The position numbers and the translations under genes are program-made. A DNA stretch of 64,000 bases from Candidatus Latescibacterota bacterium (GTDB lineage Bacteria; Latescibacterota; UBA2968; UBA8231). The DNA lies in assembly GCA_965203355.1 (NCBI GenBank), contig OZ241889.1, forward strand, positions 2,848,001-2,912,000, read 5' to 3'. Positions 21,799 through 31,827 of this stretch are shown piece after piece; the first letter of the stretch is position 1, and every line of letters starts with the position of its first letter. The notes under the pieces are model-generated. The model did no database searches, was not told where the DNA came from, and saw nothing but the letters and a program-made list of their open reading frames with translations.

Positions 21799-23469
21799 CT
21801 AATTAGTCGATTCTTTCTTTAACAAAGCCGGCTCCACGATGATCGTTTTCTCGCGGCGCAACAGCGCCTGCCCGGATGCACCCCCACGCGGTTTGGTAAC
21901 GTGTTTTACCAAGGTGTACGCCACGGAGACTTTTTTGGCCGTTTTACCCTTGCTCCAATACGCCGCTAAAGCGGCGGCCTCCTCAATAGTTTGCTTGTTG
22001 GGGGCTTCCTTGCGGCCCTCGCTCCGCAGGACGACATGGGAGCCGGCGTACCCTCGAGCGTGAAACCACAGATCGTTTTGGGCAGACATTTTGTGCGTCA
22101 GCACGTCGTTTTCCTTGTTGTTGCGCCCAGCCCACACCGACCACCCGGTGGAGGTCCTATAGCGCCGGGGATGGGCTTGGGGCTGTTTGCTTGCCGCTTT
22201 ATCGGTGCTTGTCACCTTGCTCGCCAACCAGTTTTGCAGCGCGGCGTTAGCTTCCCAAGTACCGGCATCTACGGCACTAATCCAATGCTCGTATTGACCG
22301 CACTGACCCCTGAGTTCGGCTAGGCGCGGCGGCAGGGCTTGTTGGCGGCGCACGCATTTTTGCGCGGCTTTCAGATAGGATGCGGCGTTTTCCGCCAAGC
22401 TGCGGTTTACATCCAAATCAATCCGCAGGGTCGCTGCCCCTTCAGAATCGAAGAGATCGGCCAGTTCTACTTGCGCGGGCCGCCCCGATAGCTGCCCTAT
22501 ATTGGCCCATAGCGCGTACCCCTTTCGCTTGTATTCTTCAGCACGCGCCGCCTCGTCGAGTTCGGCTTGCATGGCAACCAAACGCCGCCGGGCATTCTTC
22601 AGAGCCTGGCTCAGCCGCCGCCGGATTTGTTGCTGCGTCTGCCGCGCTCGGCACTCGACCCGCTCCTTTTGGTACGCCACCCAGATTCCAGCGCTGACCG
22701 TGTCAAACGGCTCGTAGGCCCCTTGCAAGCGGCGCGGTTCAAGGGCGGAAAAGCAAAATCGGCCAGCCTCTTGCCATACATAGCTGCGGTCAGTCGCCTC
22801 ACTGGTGTACGCTTCGGTGGCCGCGCTCCACAAGGCCGTGGTCGGTTGATCTTCCCCACTCTGTTGGCTGCGGAAGATCAACTCGCGCACCACCGTGGCG
22901 TCCGCTCCGGCCAACCAACGCCTCGCCGCCTTTTCCAAGGGTGCATCCGCCCGCGTCAGCCGGTCATGCCACGCGCCGAGCGCGTCCGTGCCGGGCAACA
23001 GTCGGCCCGCTGGCTCGGGCGGCTGATACGACGCCCCCACAGGCGACCTATCCTTGGCCGTGCCCCAGTAGCCCAAAATCGCGCCATCGGCTTGGCGATG
23101 GAGTATAAACCGCACCTTGTTGGGAATGAGTTCGCACACCAAGACGCCAAAGCTCGGGCGCCCTTCGCGGTCGCGGCGCTCTAGGCACAGGCGCAAGATG
23201 CGCTCGCGGTGCTCGGCTTTGACTTCCACGATCCGCGCCCGCACCAAGTACTTTTGCGGGCCATCGCTCGCCCGCCAAGATCGCGGCCACGCCGCACGCC
23301 GCAGGCAAAGCAAACCCTCTCTTCCGCTGACGCCGTACAGCCACTCGCCCTCGGCAACCGCAAAGGCTAGTTCCGTCGGCTGGGCATAGGACCGCTCGAT
23401 GACCGCCCCTTGCAGACGGGCCCGCAGTTCTTGAGCGAGGGCCTGAATGGTAAAGTAGTCAAAAGCCAT
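21799..23469 (-). CDS. rqcH: NFACT/RqcH (FbpA-like) ribosome quality control protein
   Basis: MAFDYF start, coiled coil, SLAENAASY, NFACT-R domain (GRNNKEND, DLWFHA, GSHVVL, AAALAAYWS). Confidence 0.85.
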   Translation of the reverse strand: MAFDYFTIQALAQELRARLQGAVIERSYAQPTELAFAVAEGEWLYGVSGREGLLCLRRAAWPRSWRASDGPQKYLVRARIVEVKAEHRERILRLCLERRDREGRPSFGVLVCELIPNKVRFILHRQADGAILGYWGTAKDRSPVGASYQPPEPAGRLLPGTDALGAWHDRLTRADAPLEKAARRWLAGADATVVRELIFRSQQSGEDQPTTALWSAATEAYTSEATDRSYVWQEAGRFCFSALEPRRLQGAYEPFDTVSAGIWVAYQKERVECRARQTQQQIRRRLSQALKNARRRLVAMQAELDEAARAEEYKRKGYALWANIGQLSGRPAQVELADLFDSEGAATLRIDLDVNRSLAENAASYLKAAQKCVRRQQALPPRLAELRGQCGQYEHWISAVDAGTWEANAALQNWLASKVTSTDKAASKQPQAHPRRYRTSTGWSVWAGRNNKENDVLTHKMSAQNDLWFHARGYAGSHVVLRSEGRKEAPNKQTIEEAAALAAYWSKGKTAKKVSVAYTLVKHVTKPRGGASGQALLRREKTIIVEPALLKKESTN

Positions 23470-26229
23470 TTAGGCTTCGACGAGCTTGAGGCTGGCGTTC
23501 AGCTTCTCCTGGGCAGCGCGGTACTCGGCTTGGCGCTGGCGCTCCTGCTCTACAATTTCGGGCGGCGCTTTGGTCAGGAAGTGGTCATTGGCCAGTTTGG
23601 CGTCTAACCCCTTGAGCAAGCCGTCCATTTTGTGGATTTCTCGCTTGATTCGCTGCCGTTCTGCCTCTAAATCGATCAAGCCCGCTAAGGGCACGAAAAC
23701 TTCGGCCCCAGCCGTCATCGCGCTGCCCGAAGCGGGCGGCCGGACGAGTCCCTGGCCGACTTGCACCGATTCGGCCCGGGTCAACAGCGAGATATAGGGT
23801 ATGGCCTGGTGCAGGGTCTGTTCGACCTGGTCCGAGACGGCCGAAATCAAAACCTCGACTTTGCGCCCTGGAGGAACATTCATCTCGCCGCGAATGATCC
23901 GCACTCCAGTCACCACCTCTTGTAGGCACTGCATTTGCGCTTCGGCCTCTTGGTCTATCAGCGCGGCATCGCATTCCGGCCAAGCCGCGACCATGATGCT
24001 GTTAGCCGACGAGCCGTGCGGCAGGGCCTGCCACAAAGTCTCAGTGATAAAGGGCATGATGGGATGCAACAGCCGCAGGGCCGTTTCGAGTACGCGCACG
24101 AGATGTTCTTGAACCACGCGCCGCGCTTGGGGGTCGCCGCCTTGCAAACGCACCTTGGCCAATTCGAGGTACCAGTCGCAATAGTCGCGCCAGACAAAGT
24201 CGTAGATCGCCCGCGTCAAGTCGCTGAAGCGATAGGACTGCATGGCCTCGGTCATCTCGCGCACGGCCACCTGCAATCGACTCCAGATCCAGCGGTCGGC
24301 CCATTCGCTCCGTTCACCGGGGCTTGGCGCGTATCCGTCAATGTTCATCAGCACGAAGCGAGTCGCATTCCACAGCTTGTTGCCAAAGTTGCGGCCGGCC
24401 TCCGCGCTGGCCGACGCTTGTACTTGGTTGTTTTCGACTGCCGCATCAAAGCGTATGTCTTGTACGGCTCCAGCCTGTGCCAACAGACAGTAGCGCGTTG
24501 CATCCGCGCCGTAGCGCACGACCAAATCGAGCGGGTTGAGGCCCGTGCCCAAGCTCTTGCTCATGCGGCGACCGTCTTGGGTCAGAACGGTCGGATGCAC
24601 CAGCACCGTCTTAAAGGGAATTTGCTCCACGCACTCTAGCGAGGTCATGGCCATCCGCAAGACCCACAAATAGAGAATGTCGCGGGCCGTGATCATCAAA
24701 TCCGTGGGATAAAAGTACGCCAGCGCATCGCTGCGCTGCGGCCAGCCGAGGGTGGCAAAGGGCCACAAGGCGGAAGAAAACCACGTATCGAGCACGTCTG
24801 GGTCTTGCACCCAATTTTGACCGCCGCATTCGGGACAGGAGGACGGCTCGGCCGCGCTGACTACGGGCTTGGCTCCGGCCGCCACTGAGACCCTGAAATT
24901 GCCCTCGTGCAGGGCTTGCTCCCGATCCAAGGCGCCCATGGGGATCAGCCCATCGGCGCTGCAATGGGTGCAATACCAAGCCGGGATGCGATGCCCCCAC
25001 CAGATCTGCCGCGACAAGGCCCAATCGCGTATTTGGTCCAACCACTCAATGGCATAGTGGCGGAAGCGGTCGGGCGCGTATTGGATATCCTCCTGCACGA
25101 GCACCGGGCGCACCTTGGCCGCCAGTTCCTGCATGTTCATAAACCACTGCTCCATCGGCAGGGGTTCTATGACTGTGCCGCACTTGTCGTGATGCGGTAC
25201 GGCGTGTTCGTGATCCTCTATTTTTGCCAGCAGCCCCTCGGCGGCCAACGCAGCCACAACGGCCTCGCGTGCCGCGTCGCGATCCAATCCCGCAAAGCGG
25301 CCGGCCGCCTCAGTCATAACCCCGTCAAAGCCGATGACTTGGATTTGCGCTAGGCCGTGGCGCAACCCGAGCTCGTAATCGTTGGGATCGTGGGCCGGCG
25401 TGACCTTGACCGCTCCACTGCCCAGTTCGGGATCGGCGTATTCATCGGCGACGATGGGAATGGCTCTATCCATCAGCGGCAGCTCGACTTGCCGGCCAAT
25501 CGCTTCGCGCCAGCGGTCGTCGTGGGGATGGACGGCCACGCCCGTGTCCCCCAGCATGGTTTCCGGCCGCGTGGTAGCGACCACGACTTGCAGCGTCCCC
25601 GCTTGGACCGGGTAGCGAATGTGCCACAAGTGGCCGGAAACCTCGCGCTCTTCAGTCTCTAGATCTGAAATCACCGTGCGACACTGCGGGCACCAGTTGA
25701 TCATGCGGGTGCCGCGATAAATCCATCCTTTCTCGGCAAAACGCGCGAAGGCCTGCAAGACGGCCTCGACGTACTCCTCGTCGAGCGTAAAACGCTCCCA
25801 ACGCCAATCGTAGCTAGCCCCAAGTTGGCGCAACTGGCGATAGATGGCGTCCCCGTATTCTTCCTTCCACTGCCAAATCCGGTCGAGCAGGGCGTCGCGC
25901 CCTACGTCGTAGCGAGTCTTACCCTCAACCTGCAAAAGCTCCTGCTCGACCTTCATCTGAGTGGCAATGCCCGCGTGGTCAGTGCCCGGCAGGCAGAGCG
26001 TCTCAAAGCCCTGCATCCGCTTCCACCGCACCACTAGGTCGTGGATGGCGTGTTGAATCGCGTGGCCCATGTGCAACTCGCCCGTCACATTGGGTGGGGG
26101 AATTACGATGCTGTAAGGGGGCTTATCTGGGTTGATCTCCGCGTTAAAATGGCCGTTTTCCTCCCAGAAATCGCTCCATTTTTTTTCTATTGCCACTGGA
26201 TTGTATGTCTTGGCTAATTCTTTCGTCAT
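23470..26229 (-). CDS. valS: Valine--tRNA ligase
   Basis: PPPNVTGELHMGH, GTDHAGIATQ, SRQIWWGH, DVLDTWFSS, RMSKS, C-terminal coiled coil. Confidence 0.97.
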   Translation of the reverse strand: MTKELAKTYNPVAIEKKWSDFWEENGHFNAEINPDKPPYSIVIPPPNVTGELHMGHAIQHAIHDLVVRWKRMQGFETLCLPGTDHAGIATQMKVEQELLQVEGKTRYDVGRDALLDRIWQWKEEYGDAIYRQLRQLGASYDWRWERFTLDEEYVEAVLQAFARFAEKGWIYRGTRMINWCPQCRTVISDLETEEREVSGHLWHIRYPVQAGTLQVVVATTRPETMLGDTGVAVHPHDDRWREAIGRQVELPLMDRAIPIVADEYADPELGSGAVKVTPAHDPNDYELGLRHGLAQIQVIGFDGVMTEAAGRFAGLDRDAAREAVVAALAAEGLLAKIEDHEHAVPHHDKCGTVIEPLPMEQWFMNMQELAAKVRPVLVQEDIQYAPDRFRHYAIEWLDQIRDWALSRQIWWGHRIPAWYCTHCSADGLIPMGALDREQALHEGNFRVSVAAGAKPVVSAAEPSSCPECGGQNWVQDPDVLDTWFSSALWPFATLGWPQRSDALAYFYPTDLMITARDILYLWVLRMAMTSLECVEQIPFKTVLVHPTVLTQDGRRMSKSLGTGLNPLDLVVRYGADATRYCLLAQAGAVQDIRFDAAVENNQVQASASAEAGRNFGNKLWNATRFVLMNIDGYAPSPGERSEWADRWIWSRLQVAVREMTEAMQSYRFSDLTRAIYDFVWRDYCDWYLELAKVRLQGGDPQARRVVQEHLVRVLETALRLLHPIMPFITETLWQALPHGSSANSIMVAAWPECDAALIDQEAEAQMQCLQEVVTGVRIIRGEMNVPPGRKVEVLISAVSDQVEQTLHQAIPYISLLTRAESVQVGQGLVRPPASGSAMTAGAEVFVPLAGLIDLEAERQRIKREIHKMDGLLKGLDAKLANDHFLTKAPPEIVEQERQRQAEYRAAQEKLNASLKLVEA

Positions 26230-26366
26230 GCCGCGTCCTTATCTATATGTTTAACATGCAGGTTAAACTAAAAATATAACCCATTACCCTACCCTGACAA
26301 TTTGGCTCGCCGCGCCCGGCTGGCTATCTTGTGTCCAGTTCATTTCACCTGTACCAGCGATTCAAT

Positions 26367-27293
26367 ATGGGCAACTGGTCCAAACTGCAAACCGAACAGC
26401 GCAATCCAGCCACCGAGCACATCGACGAGGTTTCGACGCTAGAGATGCTGGCGATCATCAATCGAGAAGACGCCCGCGTGTCAGCCGCGGTCGCCACACA
26501 ATTGGCTCCCATCGCTGAGGCGGTCGACTTGGTGGCCAGCCAGCTTGGGAACGGAGGTCGCCTGTTCTACCTCGGCGCGGGCACCAGCGGTCGGCTCGGC
26601 GTGCTAGACGCGGCTGAATGCCCCCCTACTTTTGGCGCAAATCCCCAGTTGGTGCAGGGCCTTATCGCCGGGGGACCAACGGCCCTACGCCAAGCCGTAG
26701 AAGGTGCGGAGGACGACCGCACGGCCGCCGTTAGCGAATTAGCTCGACAGGGCTTGGGAACGGCCGACGTGCTCATGGGCATGGCCGCCAGCGGCGTGAC
26801 CCCTTTCGTTATCAGCGGCATGGAATACGCCGAGCAGCGAGGCTGTCCGACGATCTTTTTCACGTGTAATCCCCCGGCCGCCGAGTCCGTTGCAGCCTCT
26901 ATCAAGATCGTGCCCGAGGTCGGCCCTGAAGCCATTACCGGATCGACGCGAATGAAGGCCGGAACAGCGACTAAACTGGTGCTCAACATGATCAGCACCG
27001 GCGCGATGGTTAAATTGGGCAAGACCTACGGCAATCTCATGGTCGATTTGCAACCGACCAATGCCAAGCTGCGAGACCGCGCCGAGCGCATCTTTGCGGC
27101 ATTGACCGGAGCCTCGCCGCAAGTGGCCGCCGCCCGCCTGCAAGCGGCCGAAGGCGGCTTGAAACTGGCGCTGGTCATGGAACTGTGCCAACTAGATCGC
27201 ACCCAAGCACAGCACCTTCTCGACACCTGCGGTGGCCGCGTCAAGGCGGCCATCCTCGCCACTGGATCAGCCCCTTGCAACACGCAAACCTAG
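26367..27293 (+). CDS. murQ: N-acetylmuramic acid 6-phosphate etherase
   Basis: TEQRNP, GAGTSGRLGVLDAAECPPTF, EGAED, GSTRMKAGTATK. Confidence 0.95.
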   Translation: MGNWSKLQTEQRNPATEHIDEVSTLEMLAIINREDARVSAAVATQLAPIAEAVDLVASQLGNGGRLFYLGAGTSGRLGVLDAAECPPTFGANPQLVQGLIAGGPTALRQAVEGAEDDRTAAVSELARQGLGTADVLMGMAASGVTPFVISGMEYAEQRGCPTIFFTCNPPAAESVAASIKIVPEVGPEAITGSTRMKAGTATKLVLNMISTGAMVKLGKTYGNLMVDLQPTNAKLRDRAERIFAALTGASPQVAAARLQAAEGGLKLALVMELCQLDRTQAQHLLDTCGGRVKAAILATGSAPCNTQT

Positions 27294-27351
27294 GCCGCGC
27301 GCACTTGGACCTTGGCACCGTGCAATGGGGCAACTGGAGGTTATCTACGCC

Positions 27352-28449
27352 GTGAATACACCCACGCCCGGCCAAGCTGTTGGCGATTTAGAAACCCCGG
27401 TGTTGTTGCTCGATCTCGACCGCTTTGAATCCAATGTGCAGCACATGGCCGCGTATTGCCGCGACAACGGCAAGGACTGGCGGCCCCACAGCAAGGCGCA
27501 CAAATGTCCGGCCATAGCCCACATTGAGCTAGCCAACGGAGCCTGTGGCATCACCTGCGCCAAATTGAGCGAAGCTGAGTGGATGGTCGCGCATGGCATC
27601 CCTTCTATCCTGCTGGCCAACCAGATCGTCAGTCCAGCCAAATTCACCGCCTTAGCCCGCCTGCAACACCAAGCCGAAGTCATTGCCGCAGTGGATAATA
27701 TCGCCGTCGTTGAACCTATGGCCACCGCGGCCGATGCCGAAGGCGTCCGCATCCCGGTGGTCGTGGAGGTCGACATTGGCATGAAGCGGGTCGGCGTGGA
27801 GCCTGGCCCTCCTGTTCTCGCTTTGTCTAAGGCCATTAACGACCAACCTAAATTGGCGTTCAAGGGCCTGATGGGCTACGAGGGCCACGTGCTCGAATGC
27901 TGGCCGCACTCGGCCAAGCAAAGGGCCTGTTACGAAGCATTGGACATATTAGTAGAATCGCGTAATTTACTGGAAGACAATGGGATACCAGTGGAGATCG
28001 CGAGTGCTGGCGGCACGGGTTCATACGAGATCAGCGCCCTCCACGGCGGGATCACTGAGCTTCAAGCTGGCGGTGGCGTGTTCATGGACGCCATGTATCG
28101 CCGAACCTGCCACGTCGAAGCACTAACCCCGGCCCTGACGGTGCTCTGCACTGTAACCAGTCGGGCGACCGACCGGGTCGTCGTCGATGCCGGCTTCAAG
28201 ACGCTGTCTTCCGGCCACCAGCCGCCGGAGGTGCTAGGCCGAAGCGATTTGCACTTGCGCGGCCTGTCTGCTGAACACGGGATATTCGACATTGCAGCGG
28301 GCCAAACCGGACCGGCTTTGGGCGAGCGGATCGAACTGCTCGTCGGCTACTCGGATTCAACGACTTTCCTCCACGATTACTTCGTCGCCATCCGCAAAGG
28401 GCGCGTGGAGAAAATATGGGACATCTCGGCGCGGGGCCTTTTGCGTTGA
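27352..28449 (+). CDS. DSD1-family PLP enzyme (D-threonine aldolase / D-serine dehydratase-like)
   Basis: RPHSKAHK, GITCAKLSEAE, GLMGYEGH, GGTG, LSAEHG; GGAGG before GTG at 27352. Confidence 0.85.
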   Translation: MNTPTPGQAVGDLETPVLLLDLDRFESNVQHMAAYCRDNGKDWRPHSKAHKCPAIAHIELANGACGITCAKLSEAEWMVAHGIPSILLANQIVSPAKFTALARLQHQAEVIAAVDNIAVVEPMATAADAEGVRIPVVVEVDIGMKRVGVEPGPPVLALSKAINDQPKLAFKGLMGYEGHVLECWPHSAKQRACYEALDILVESRNLLEDNGIPVEIASAGGTGSYEISALHGGITELQAGGGVFMDAMYRRTCHVEALTPALTVLCTVTSRATDRVVVDAGFKTLSSGHQPPEVLGRSDLHLRGLSAEHGIFDIAAGQTGPALGERIELLVGYSDSTTFLHDYFVAIRKGRVEKIWDISARGLLR

Positions 28450-28477
28450 CGCCGAGTAATAGCAACGGAGGACGCAG

Positions 28478-28756
28478 ATGACTAAAGCCGAAATCGCCCA
28501 GCAGCTAGCCCGGAGTACGGGCCTATCCCAAGTGGACACCACGGCCGTTATCGAGGGCTTTATCGAAGCCATAACCCAAGCATTGGAAAGGGGCGACCGC
28601 GTCGAAATCCGCGGCTTTGGCACCTTCAAGGTCGTGGAGCGCGCACCGCGCACCGGCCGCAACCCCAAAGCCGGCGCGACCATCGCAATCCCCAAGCGCA
28701 AGGCCCCGACCTTCAAACCCTCCAACGCGGTAAAGAGCAGAATTGTCCAGCACTAA
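28478..28756 (+). CDS. HU/IHF-family DNA-binding protein
   Basis: MTKAEI, VEIRGFGTF, RTGRNPK, PTFKPS. Confidence 0.95.
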   Translation: MTKAEIAQQLARSTGLSQVDTTAVIEGFIEAITQALERGDRVEIRGFGTFKVVERAPRTGRNPKAGATIAIPKRKAPTFKPSNAVKSRIVQH

Positions 28757-28757
28757 C

Positions 28758-29861
28758 GTGAATCTGCTGTTGATTTCGGTTGATAGCCTGCGTTTGGATT
28801 TTGCCCCCGGGCTTAGCGCGGCCGTGCGCACCCCCGGATTTTCCGACTTGACGCACGATTTCCACCTCTGCCAGCACTGCTTTTCGGTTTCTTCGGCGAC
28901 TCGTCCGGTCCACACCTCGCTCTTTACCGGACTATACCCGTTTGAACACGGCATCAAGGGCCAGCACTCCTCCGCGATGCGGCAGGGTGTACCCAACCTT
29001 TTCGATCTCTGCTGTCGAGCGGGCTATGCGGTCGGCGCATTTTCAGAGGCTCGGGATATCTTCACTGGCTTGGGCTACGCCCAGCACATCGCCCCTTTAC
29101 CTACGGACGAGCAACTCGCCGGCTGGCTACAACGTCGCGAGCCGACCGTTCTCTTTATTCACTACTGGAGCGTTCACCCGCCTTACGGTGCCGCAGACGG
29201 GCTGGCCTTTGGCGAAGTGGGCCGGTTGCTGACGGCTGGGCGCATTGACGTGGTGCAGGCGCGCTACCGCACGGCCATTGAACAGCTCTTTGAACAGCCC
29301 ATCGCCCGGCTATTGGCCGCCTTGGATTTCAGCGCGTGGGCCGTTTTCATCATCAGCGACCACGGCCAGAGTTGGCGAGCTGACGAACCCTATCACGGTC
29401 AGACCTTGTGCAACGACGTGCTGCGAGTGCCTCTGTACTACCGACTTCCCGCGCAAGAACCCGTCGGACGCCCCCTCATTTCGCTGGTGGATCTCTTTCC
29501 GACTTTTTTATCGCTGTTGCAGTTGGACTATCCCTACAGCGGCTTTGCCCGCGACATCCGCAGCCCTTTCCCACCCGAGTACTATTTAGCCGAAATCGAC
29601 CCCGGCCCAGCCGCGCAACACGGCCAGCAATGGTCCCTCTTCAACGCCAACACCAAATTCACCTGCGATCAAGCGACCCAGCGCGAGACCTTGGTCGAAA
29701 CGTTTAGCGAGCGGCCGCTCGTCGCGCTGGACACTCGCCCCTACCACCAAGCGTACGAAGCATTCAGAGCGGCTTCTAATTATGTACAAGAGGGATTCGG
29801 CCCGGCCGCGGACCGGGTGCTGTTGGAGCAACGGCTGCGCGCCTTGGGTTATTTGGATTGA
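28758..29861 (+). CDS. Sulfatase-like hydrolase (alkaline phosphatase superfamily)
   Basis: NLLLISVDSLR, TRPVHTSLFTGLYP, HYWSVHPPY, SDHG, C-terminal RLRALGY. Confidence 0.8.
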   Translation: MNLLLISVDSLRLDFAPGLSAAVRTPGFSDLTHDFHLCQHCFSVSSATRPVHTSLFTGLYPFEHGIKGQHSSAMRQGVPNLFDLCCRAGYAVGAFSEARDIFTGLGYAQHIAPLPTDEQLAGWLQRREPTVLFIHYWSVHPPYGAADGLAFGEVGRLLTAGRIDVVQARYRTAIEQLFEQPIARLLAALDFSAWAVFIISDHGQSWRADEPYHGQTLCNDVLRVPLYYRLPAQEPVGRPLISLVDLFPTFLSLLQLDYPYSGFARDIRSPFPPEYYLAEIDPGPAAQHGQQWSLFNANTKFTCDQATQRETLVETFSERPLVALDTRPYHQAYEAFRAASNYVQEGFGPAADRVLLEQRLRALGYLD

Positions 29862-29871
29862 TTTTCGGCCC

Positions 29872-31449
29872 TCACGTCCGTTCCACCGCCAAAGCGGCCA
29901 CCTTGCGCGTCTGCCGACTAAACTCCACCCCAATCAGGTACATCGCTTCGCCGCGCCCGCGATACTTGGCCGCGTAGTCCCGCTCTTGCAACTGGCGCAG
30001 TGCCGCCCCCGACGCTGTCCGCTCCACCACCTTGAACTCAAACAGATACACGTTCCCATTGAACTCCACCGCCATGTCCAAACGACCTGCCTGGCTGCTG
30101 TCCTCCACCGTAATCGCCAGCCCTAGTGACGCGAAGTACGAGTAAAACACGCTGGCGTAATAGCCCTCGTAATCGGCAATTTTATTATTCGTGTGCCATT
30201 GATACGGGATGCTGGCAAAAAACGCCGCCAACAGCGTCTCCAAGCCATCAAAGTCGTTGACCAGTAACAGATCGTATAACCGGGCACTGTGCTCGGCGCG
30301 GCGCACAGGGTTGCCGGTCAGACGATTCAGCAGGCTCTTGTTTAGACTTTGCCGCACCTCCCGATTCGGATAGCCCAACCGGTAGTATATCTCCCCGCCG
30401 CGCGGCTCGGTGCGGCGAATGGTCAGGTAGCCAGTCTGGAATAGCAGTGCCTCGGTCGCAATGTGATCCACGTCAAACGCCGACAGCAACTCCTCACTGC
30501 CGAGCAGGTCGTCCAAGCCGAGGGCACTGATCTCCCGCTCCAACAACGTATCAAGCAGAAACGTCGGGGTACCCGTCTCAAACCAGTAGGCGGCAAAGGT
30601 GCGATGGCGAAACAGCAACAGGACATCAAACGGATTGTACACCTGTTCTGCGCCTAGCCAGTTGTAGCCGTTGTACCATGTGCGTATTTCATTTTGGTCC
30701 AACCCAATAAGCTCTGGGGCAAACACCGCGTCCAAGTCCGCCTCGGTATAGCCGCAAATGGCCGAGTAATGCGGATCTAGCGTGATGTCGATAAGATTGT
30801 TGAGGCCAGAGAACAAACTGACTTTGGAAAACTTGCTTACGCCGGTGAGGAAGGTGAACGCGATGTGCGCGTCGCCAAACTTGATCGTCGAGTACAGCCC
30901 GTGCAGGTAGTCGCGGTGGGCGCGGGCTACTTCCGGCACCTCCAGTGCGTCGAGAATCGGCTTATCGTACTCGTCAACCAGAACCACTACTCGCTGGCCA
31001 CTGCGCTCGTGCAACGCTTCAATGAGTTGGCTGAAGCGCACCGATGCGCCAGCGTAGTCCGAACTAACTCCCAACCGCTTTTCCAGGGCGTCCAGTTGCG
31101 CCGCCACATCCTCTTGTAGTTGGCTCGGCTCTTTGAAGTTGCCCCGGCTAAAGTCGAGCCGCAGCACTGGATGACGCACCGACCAGTCCCACCGATCGTG
31201 GATGGCCAATCCCTGAAACAGCGGCTCGTTGCCCTCAAACAACTCCTTGATCGTGTCGAGAAACAGGCTCTTGCCAAACCGGCGAGGCCGCGACAGGAAG
31301 TAATGGGTGCCTTCGTCCACCAACCGAGCTAGATAGGCGGTCTTATCGACGTAGTAGCAGTGGCCCTCGCGGATCTTGCGAAAGGTCTGAATGCCGATGG
31401 GCAGTTTGCGCTTAACTGGTTGGCCATCTTCAGGTTTCATCTGTATCAT
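29872..31449 (-). CDS. AAA-ATPase-like protein with C-terminal PD-(D/E)XK nuclease domain
   Basis: LPIGIQTF, YYVDKT, SRPRRFGKSL, VDEYDKP, FSGLNN, YNGY, GRLDM...FEFK. Confidence 0.9.
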   Translation of the reverse strand: MIQMKPEDGQPVKRKLPIGIQTFRKIREGHCYYVDKTAYLARLVDEGTHYFLSRPRRFGKSLFLDTIKELFEGNEPLFQGLAIHDRWDWSVRHPVLRLDFSRGNFKEPSQLQEDVAAQLDALEKRLGVSSDYAGASVRFSQLIEALHERSGQRVVVLVDEYDKPILDALEVPEVARAHRDYLHGLYSTIKFGDAHIAFTFLTGVSKFSKVSLFSGLNNLIDITLDPHYSAICGYTEADLDAVFAPELIGLDQNEIRTWYNGYNWLGAEQVYNPFDVLLLFRHRTFAAYWFETGTPTFLLDTLLEREISALGLDDLLGSEELLSAFDVDHIATEALLFQTGYLTIRRTEPRGGEIYYRLGYPNREVRQSLNKSLLNRLTGNPVRRAEHSARLYDLLLVNDFDGLETLLAAFFASIPYQWHTNNKIADYEGYYASVFYSYFASLGLAITVEDSSQAGRLDMAVEFNGNVYLFEFKVVERTASGAALRQLQERDYAAKYRGRGEAMYLIGVEFSRQTRKVAALAVERT

Positions 31450-31625
31450 GGGGATTGCTCCACAGCCCGGCCAACTGGATAAGGGCCGTCAACGTTGGCC
31501 TGAGTTGGGTAAGATAAGCCCGCGAGATGGGCTGTCAAAAAGCGGAGTAGTGTATCTTACCCTTCAACTTTCGCGCCGCCTGCGGCACACCACATACGCG
31601 AAGTTGCAGGGTATGAGGATCTCAT

Positions 31626-31660
31626 AAAAACCCCGGACGCCGCGAAAGCCGCCCGGGGGT
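31626..31660 (-). terminator. Probable intrinsic terminator
   Basis: Minus strand CCCCGGGCG...CGTCCGGGG stem followed by TTTTT. Confidence 0.6.
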
Positions 31661-31827
31661 ATCAGTTGCTGCCGATTTTACGCTGGAAACAAGGTGGTTT
31701 GCAGCGAATTTGATGACGACCGTAAGGGTTTTTTGCGTTTGAGACCGCGCACCGGCACTACTTCCAGAGGCAGCACCAACACTACCCCCACTGATAGCGA
31801 GCCACTGCGTAACATCAGATAATAAGA

